NCBI GenBank assembly: GCA_951406725.2 | Contig: OX597826.1 | Coordinates: forward strand, 6,448,001 to 6,512,000 | Length of the DNA stretch: 64,000 bases | Reading direction: 5' to 3' | From: Octopus vulgaris | Lineage: Eukaryota | Shown: one piece after another, positions 54,922 through 64,000 of the stretch | How positions within the stretch are numbered: the first letter of the stretch is position 1 | Layout of the letters: each line of letters opens with the position of its first letter | Program-made: the position numbers and the translations under genes | The notes under the pieces: generated by a model | The model's database searches: none | What the model was told of the DNA's origin: nothing | Seen by the model: the letters and a program-made list of their open reading frames with translations, nothing else

Positions 54922-55052
54922 TAGGCGTAGGAGTGGCTGTGTGGTAAGTAGCTTGCTTACGAACTACATGGTTCCGGGTTCAGTCCCACTGCGTGGCACC
55001 TTGGGCAAGCCTTGTGAGTGGATTTGGTTGACGGAAACTGAAAGAAGCCTGT

Positions 55053-55141
<89 letters not shown>

Positions 55142-55380
55142 TTATGTGTGTGTATGTATATATATATGTTTTTGTGTCCGTGTTCGTCACCCCAACATCG
55201 GTTGACAACCGATACTGGTGTTTTTACGTCCCCATAACATAGCAGTTCGGTAAAAGAGACCGATAGAATAAATACTAGGCTTACAAAGAGTAAGTCCTGG
55301 GGTCGATGCGCTCGACTAAAGGTGTTGCGCCAGCATGACCACAATCAAATGACTGAAACAAGTAAAAGAGTAAAAGAGAG
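54922..55380 (+). mobile_element. SINE family B full-length (short internal deletion)
   Basis: GGCGTAGGAGTGGCTGTGTGGTAAG..GGTTCAGTCCC..CCTTGGGCAAG..CAAATGACTGAAACAAGTAAAAGAG. Confidence 0.93.
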
Positions 55381-55574
55381 GATATTATCATTGTGTACAT
55401 GGTAAATAATCAGAATACTAAGATTAATATATGTGACTAATTCTCCAAGGTGCGTATTCTAGTTATTTCTATCTGAGTTTATCCATTCTGATTGTTCACA
55501 TATATAAACACACTAGCTTCAATTTAAAGAAAAAAAGCTCTTAACTAATAATTATTTCCCTTATTAAAAATGCC

Positions 55575-55768
55575 CTTTGACACTTTGGGGCAAAGGGGAA
55601 CAAATTGTTTGAATCGACTCCAGTGCTAAACTAGTACTCATTTTATCAACCCTGAAAGAAAGAAAGGTAAAATCGGCCTCAGCGGAATTTGAACTCAGAA
55701 CATAAACAGGGACGAAATGCAGTTAAACATTTTGCCCGACGTGTAAACGATTCTGGCATCTCGCCATA
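55575..55768 (-). mobile_element. SINE family A (degenerate)
   Basis: AATCGACTCCAGTG..CTCAGCGGAATTTGAACTCAGAAC..AACGATTCTGGC. Confidence 0.82.
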
Positions 55769-56874
55769 AATGAGTGGTTCTTGAAAAAAACAGACTGACA
55801 CAACAGCAAAATAGAGCAGTGTAATCGAAACTCGATGGTTAATTTTACGTCCAAAAATGCAACGACGATACTTTCTACTCCCTACCATTAACGCCATGTC
55901 ATTTATCTCATCTTCTACAGGTGCTAGGTCCAGTATAGCTTTATAATATATACTTTCACTATTATATTGTACTGTGGCACAAAAGTATCTACCAATCATG
56001 AAGCTACGGTGTAACAGAAGTCTCTTACAGTGACTTATCTCGTGTCTCTTTCACTTCCCTTTAATGATACATAACTTACACTTACATGCAATATGCTGAA
56101 GTTAGTTGGTATAGACACGTATATCATTCACTACCATCTAGTTCTAAAATAAGTACTATACTACGTCATACTGGGTCACAAATGAATTTTCTTATAAATG
56201 TTTGACAACTTCAGACTGTGTTTTGACTGAATTTTCAGTTTGAAGTGTACATAAGTTAATGTCATATATTTTGCCTTTTGTAATTGAAAGAATTTCTGAT
56301 ATGACCTGGAGAGACTGTTCTACTATATGATATATTATATGAAGGGAATTTTGAAATTGATTAGAAACTTCTCTAAGCAAATATATATAATATTCCATTT
56401 TTCGGCTCTTGAATTATCTCCAACGGCAAAGAACTGCTGTTTACTTTTACGAAATTCACAGAGCTGGAGGCTGGGTAGCACTTAATGAATAAAAGTACAG
56501 AACTGCCTAGAATGATGGAAGGGATACATACTACAACCCTACGTAGCAAATACACTCAATATCTAAGCTAAAGAAAAACAATTTTATAATAATTTTATAT
56601 GCGTAATGATTATTTTAAATAAGTATGTGGGGCCCCACCATGGCTGCGGTTCTCGGACTAAACCTTAAAGTGATAACAAAGAAATTATAAGAAAATAAAG
56701 TTTAAACTATTTTCAATTTTTTTTTAATTCAAAGCGTACAGAAAAGAGCCAGGGTACCCGGAAGTTCATGTTTTAAGTTTCAAAACATGACAGAGCACTT
56801 TTTTACAAACATAAGCATAAATGAGACTCACAGGGCCACTTTCCTGGTTTTCATGGTGTCGACATTCCGTACTT

Positions 56875-57075
56875 GGGCGGAACACTTAGCGGTATTTCGT
56901 CTGTCATTATGTTCTGAGTTCAAATTAAGCCGAGGTCGACTTTGCCTTTCATTCTTTCGGGGTCGATAAATAAAGTACCCGTTTCACACTGGGGTCGATG
57001 TAATCGACTTAATCCCTTTGTCTGACCTTGTTTGTCCCCTCTATATTTAGCATCCTGTGGGTAGTAAAGAAATAG
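56875..57075 (+). mobile_element. SINE family A (tail 1), 5'-truncated
   Basis: CTTAGCGGTATTTCGTCTG..GAGTTCAAATT..TTTGTCCCCTCT..GTGGGTAGTAAAGAAATAG. Confidence 0.9.
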
Positions 57076-57793
57076 ATATATATACGTATATATACATGTG
57101 TGTATGTGTGTGTATGTCGTGCGTGTCTGAGTGTATAGACGCATATATATACACATAAACGTTTTCAAAATTAAACAAAATTAAAATGTATAGCACAACA
57201 TTCCTGTCATATATGAACAGAAACTAACAAGAAATATCTAAAAAGGTTTGTTAGTCCATTTCACGGTCCAAACAGGACAAATTGGAAAAGACGTTGCCCC
57301 AGAGAATGGCCAGATAGGCGTGCTGGAACAACCTCTCCGACTCACGGAGCTCGCACTAGCCGATATTTATCTCCATTGGTTTCGGACCTTTCAAAGAAAT
57401 ACTAATTTCTAGCATTATATTATCCTAATTGATAGTAGAAACCCTGTAACAATGCACGTATACATACACACTGTTCAGAATATAACAGCTGCATTTATAT
57501 ATCGTATTGAAAAATATGGTGTCCATTTTGTCTTTTTATTTTATTTGTACATCTGCTAATATCCCTTTTTCTCCTTTCTCTTTATTATTAACGCTTTATT
57601 TCTCAATGTTTTGCTCCCCTCTCTCTCCGCGTGGAGTGAGTAGCTATATTGAAATATTTCTATATCTGAATATTTCAATCCTTACCCAGTTACTATCAGT
57701 ATACGATTATAAACTATCGATTTTTCAAAGCTATCATATAAAGACACACATTAAGAGGCACATTTAATTTAGATAATCGTAAATACACAGCCA

Positions 57794-57795
<2 letters not shown>

Positions 57796-57867
<72 letters not shown>

Positions 57868-57957
57868 CCATACACACACAGATGCACACATACACTCACA
57901 CAAACACACACACATAGATATATATATATATATATACACATATGCATGTATGCATGG

Positions 57958-57994
<37 letters not shown>

Positions 57995-58211
57995 CAAATA
58001 TAAATATATACATACGAATACATACATATATATATATATACGCTCATATACATACACACACTCACCCACACATATATATATACATATATACAATTATATA
58101 TATTTATGATTTTATGTATGAATGTATGTACGTGAATGTGTATATATATATATATGTATATATATATATCGTATATATAATGTATACAAACACACACACA
58201 CATACACATAC

Positions 58212-58260
<49 letters not shown>

Positions 58261-58415
58261 CATACATGTACAGGGTATATACATGCGTATGTGAGCGCGC
58301 GTTGCGTTTGTGCGTGTGTTTGAGCGTGTGTGTCTGTGTGTGCGGTGCGTGTGTGTGTACGTGCGTGTGTATATACTGATATATAGATATATGTATACGC
58401 TTGTATGTATATATG
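57796..58415. repeat. (TA)n/(CA)n/(TG)n compound microsatellite
   Basis: Tandem units. Confidence 0.95.
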
Positions 58416-58977
58416 ACTAATTTAGTATGCAAGCATGCTATTTTCTAACACTGCACTTTCATTAATGAAAATATGAAAGGGAGAAAAAATTATTTCGACT
58501 CATCGCTGGCAGCGTATTTACTATGACCTTAAATTGTACATATAGTCTTGCATCTTCTCACTAACAAAAGTGAAAAAAACTAAATAAACAAACAACAACA
58601 AAAACTTCCTGCATTCTAAGATAAATTGTGTTCGTTTTGCATTTGATTTTTTTTGATTTTTTTATTTCTCTTTTGTCTTTATGGAAGCATATTTGGATGT
58701 AATGTATTCACTGTTTAACCAGTTGCTACTCCGAACATGTTTTGAATGTTTAAGAAAGACTTTACTAGAATCGCACAGAACTTAAAGCAAACATTGATAT
58801 AAACGTGAATTAACAATCGTGGATTTTCTGACAAGCGAAGGCACAAATAATAATCGACAGAAAATCTTCGAAACACATGTGCATTTTGATGTAAATTCAC
58901 TTCTATCTTTTTTTCTTATTTAAAACTTTCTTGAATGCCAATCTGCTGGATACAGAACTAATTCTCTATTATATAAC

Positions 58978-59272
58978 TATACAACAGCCTGGGTTTCAAG
59001 GGCCCGCAGCTTTTTAATATTCTCCCAAAGAGTCTGAGGAACTTGCACAAAGTAGATGCAGGGGATTATAAATCAAAGCTAGACCTCTTCCTGTCGAGAG
59101 TCCCAGATGAGCCTACCTCACGGCAAGAGGTGCAAATGAGGGTAGCTATATCAAAGTCCATTCTTCATCAAGTGCCACATATTAGAGGAGGTTCTAGTAA
59201 TAACAGTGTAGCGCAAAACGGTGGTGCATCAGCATGGCCGCAGCTCTGAGCCGAAACTTAAAAAAAATAAAA
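58978..59272 (+). mobile_element. CR1-group (CR1/Crack/L2-like) LINE 3' end
   Basis: NSLGFKGPQLFNILPKSLRNLHKVDAGDYKSKLDLFLSRVPDEP...SKSILHQ followed by a short 3' UTR and A-rich tail. Confidence 0.85.
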
Positions 59273-61724
59273 TATGAATGAAATATATCAATGACAAAAC
59301 TGGTATTCTGTGGGTGACTAAAAGTGAAGTATATTTGAAGGGAAGGGGAAAATATAATGAGCATAATAATGCCAGGCTTTAGTTAGAATTTCGTTGATTG
59401 CTCAAGGTAACACTACATTTGAGACATCGGATGAAACATGCTACTATTCTAAAGCTCCTACGGCCTTAATGAGCTGGCACTGAGGTTACAAGATGATGGA
59501 AGTAGAGAGTGCTAGACTCTGTCAAGGACGTTCCGTCACTACTAAGACGTAGCATCCTGGTGAGTGCTGTAAGTCGTCGAAGAACTGACCTGGTTATGAT
59601 CACAAAACTTCACTATGATAGTCTGCAAGTAAACGAAAAGCAGCAAGTTACTGATTCTTGAAGTGTGACCATCGATTAAGGAGGTGTAGACCTCCATATG
59701 TATTGGAATACGGCACTAGGGAACTTTGTTAAGATGGCTTATAAAGTTTCACAGTCTGAGCTTTGGAGAGCGGGAGTCCATGATTTATCTATGCTTCTGC
59801 ATGAATTCTACCGGCGTAAGTTAGAGTCACTAACTTTTTCCCTGTCCCTGAAGGGAAAGATTGTAAAGCACATCTTCAGTAGATGATTAAAAACTATACA
59901 AGAGATGTGCTGCAACGGAAGGTATGACCAGATTCAGAAAGTCATAGCGGACACCAACTGCTGTGATGTTAGCCGTTCTAACTCTAGCGCAGAAAATAAT
60001 GACTTTTGTCAAGGCTCTCGTGAAGAAGCCACCAGCGGTCATACCGAAATTATTGATGGGTCTGCTGAAAACAGGAAGAGACAAGAAGGTGGAGCTCTGT
60101 CTGGAGTAGCACAAGAAGTTAGGACAAAAATTTCTTGCGGTAAATGGTATAAAGCTTTATATATCGAGTTCAAATTCAGCCTAGATAGAATCTACGTCAC
60201 ATTTTCCTGTGTAAATTGAAATTAAGTATTAACTTCTCTCTTCCACATATGCTTACTTTAGATTTTATTCCATTGCTACTTTATTCATGTTCTGCTATAG
60301 TAAGCTATATTTTCCCATATTTCCTAAAAAATACTTATTTATAAAACTTACCGTGTTTTTGCTAAATTTCATTCTATCGTTCGTTGTCGCACCACGTCTC
60401 CCTCTCCCTCTCTGCCTTTCTCTCTCCTACCTCACTCTAACATTCTGCACCAGGCCCTTTGCATTCATCCTATTACACGCCTGGCCGTCTAAGTTTTTTT
60501 TCGGTTTTCCTATTCTCTTTGCCTTCCCACTTATGTCTACCATACTACCTGCAAACCTCTGCTCCGCCTATTTTAACGATATATATTTATAGACCGCGTA
60601 TCCTCACTTCAGTTGCATCCGGTTGTCTGAAGAGAAGGGGCCGTATTCAAAGGAGGAAATAAAACGCATATAAACGCATACACGTACACGTACACACACA
60701 CACACACACATCTGTGTATGTGAGGGAGTATGTGTGTGCATCGAGGAAATTCTCCATGATTAATTTTTGCCTTACACTCAAGCCTTGTTTTATTTTGTGC
60801 CTTTATGCATGTATATCTATATGTATGCGTATATATAAAATATGAAATCGATATATAAGACGATATTGTCAGGTTTTACGGGAGGTGAATATATATATAT
60901 ATATATTTACTTTCTCCTGCGGACACACACACACATACACACACACACACACTTTCAGACACAAGCATACGTACAGACAGACATTCAGTTAAATAGACAG
61001 ACAGACAGACAGACACATCTATACACATCAAAGACGCATTTGAAACATGTTGCTTACTACATTATAATGCTGCCACGTGGAAAATCCCAACACGAAACTT
61101 ATATTTCATGAACAATTGTGGTACAAGTAATTCAATAAGAACACCAAACAATATGAACTGTTTGAGGCTATAAACGTCTGTGCTACGTAAACGTGTCCAT
61201 GAACACAAAATATATATACATAAATATGTGCATATATAGAGAGAAATGCAGATATAGCAAGCAGGAAGAGGAATACGCACATACATATGTCTGTTTTGTA
61301 TTATAATTTGTGTCTTTCATTAGTCTGTGTACATGTTTTCCTTCTTGGTTTTATACTAAATAGCTAATATATAAATTTAAGAACACTGAGTTCAGTTTTA
61401 AAATTTGAATAACGTTAGTCTCTCTGGAATTCAATGAATTAATCCAGTCCATCAACTTCTGGAAGCATTCACGGCTCCTGGATGCAATACAAGCAGGGTT
61501 CATTGTTTTTCATTTTTCTCTTTTTTTTTAGTCGATCCTATCAAATGATGACATTTCGTGACATACTAAAAGCATCGTAAAAATGAGGGGAAAAAATCGT
61601 GAAATCAGTAAAAACAGATATTTGTAAGCCATTAGAAATAATACACAAACAATAACGTTGAAATAGATAATAGCTTGAGTAGAGTGACGGAATGGTTGAT
61701 AAACTGATGGACATTCTATTAGAT

Positions 61725-62720
<996 letters not shown>

Positions 62721-62903
62721 TAAGAATATTGAGAAGGATATGTGGATAAGCGAGGCAGTCTGAGGGACGGTGAAACATACTTGGGAAAGAGGAGTTTTAA
62801 AAATTAATGAAAATTAATAGGATTATCAATATCATACATATATGCCTCTGTATATAAAGTGTTTCTACGTGTGGGTAAATGTATGTATATATTCATGTAT
62901 ATG

Positions 62904-62960
<57 letters not shown>

Positions 62961-64000
62961 ATGTATGTATGCGTGTAGGCATAGTCCAGTGTGTGATAGA
63001 GGGATGAGTGTGGGAATGCTGTAAGCTAAGATCGAATGGATAAAAACATAGCGTTTTAAATTAAAATTTTTCTCGATTTCATATTTTGATCCCAATGCAA
63101 TTAAGTTAAAAGATAACAAATTACTGCATATATCCCCATTCGCAATTAACTAATGAGTATTTGTTTGGTATGTTACTTTACTCTCCATGTCTCTCTGTCC
63201 ATCTCTTCCGGATTATCCACTTACTCCCTTTAGGAGTTTAATTATGTTGTGGTCGTTCCGAAAGCTTAGGTTCCCGTTTATATTATTTAGCTGTTGTTTT
63301 TGAAAAATTTTTATTCTCTTCATTTTGAACATTTTGCTTCTTTTTTTATTGTGGGTAGGGGCCTTACAAACGTTTTACATTGTTTTGCCATAATATCCGA
63401 CCCTTTTTCTTGATTTATGCTAAGGAGGATTATGTTGAAAATCACATAGGAGGAATGCATTAAGAAATGCTTTAAATTGTATGATATTGGGTGCCATGAA
63501 GTCGCATTTCTAATATATGTAACAGTATGACTATTCAGCGAAATATGTTTTAATTATATATTTTAGTTTGGTAGACATCATACCAGACGAGTAGTACACT
63601 AGCATGTATATTTTAGGTCAATTATCAACAGTAACGATGGCATTTAAGTTTTTATCTATTCTCTTATATTTATTGTTTTTAATACTTCTTTTTTAAAAAA
63701 TCAGTATTACCCACATCGTCCTATTTAGAAAGAATTCTCTTGCCTTCACTAGACTTAAAGGAAATACCAGCAATGTTGTCCAAAAAATAGAGTAAAGAAA
63801 TATCTTAGACCCCGATACGCCATATATTAAGAAAAAGACAGGATAATGTAGGCTGGCTTTGCTGCGTGGATAAGAAACTCGTTCTACAGTCACGTGGTTT
63901 GATGTTCAGACACTCTGGTTACCGACTTTGACATATGCCTTCTACTATGATAACTTGCAGATAAATAATTTGTGAGTAAATTTGGTAACCCGTCCAGGAC

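Noticed and set aside
53238-57387. Possible minus-strand exons (57387-57346 SETNGDKYRLVRAP with GTGAGT donor; acceptor TTTTACAG at 53434)
   Set aside because: Splice signals are plausible but the peptides match nothing recognisable, and such signals occur by chance in 64 kb

Overview
AT-rich eukaryotic, repeat-dominated DNA that reads as intronic or intergenic. From recollection of its repeat families it looks like a coleoid cephalopod (Octopus-type) genome; no search was run to confirm this. No intact protein-coding gene, rRNA, tRNA or CRISPR array is supported, and most ORFs in the track are microsatellite translations. The window holds dense microsatellites and about 30 copies of at least four tRNA-headed SINE families. 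It also holds decayed non-LTR elements (RTE, R4/Dong-type, L1/Tx1-type, CR1-group, Penelope-like), three mariner relics and a palindromic MITE. Main observations: (1) two LINE-SINE pairs share 3' tails within the window; (2) LINE relics sit in (TAA)n and (GATA)n tracts; (3) two near-complete type I hammerhead-ribozyme folds have long stem II insertions and the same C-A core mismatch; (4) one SINE forms arrays through a fixed junction; (5) one mariner carries two 5' ends; (6) there are several long hairpins, one pre-miRNA-sized; (7) a speculative minus-strand promoter and exon chain lies at about 7.5-10 kb. Boundaries were read by eye and are approximate.
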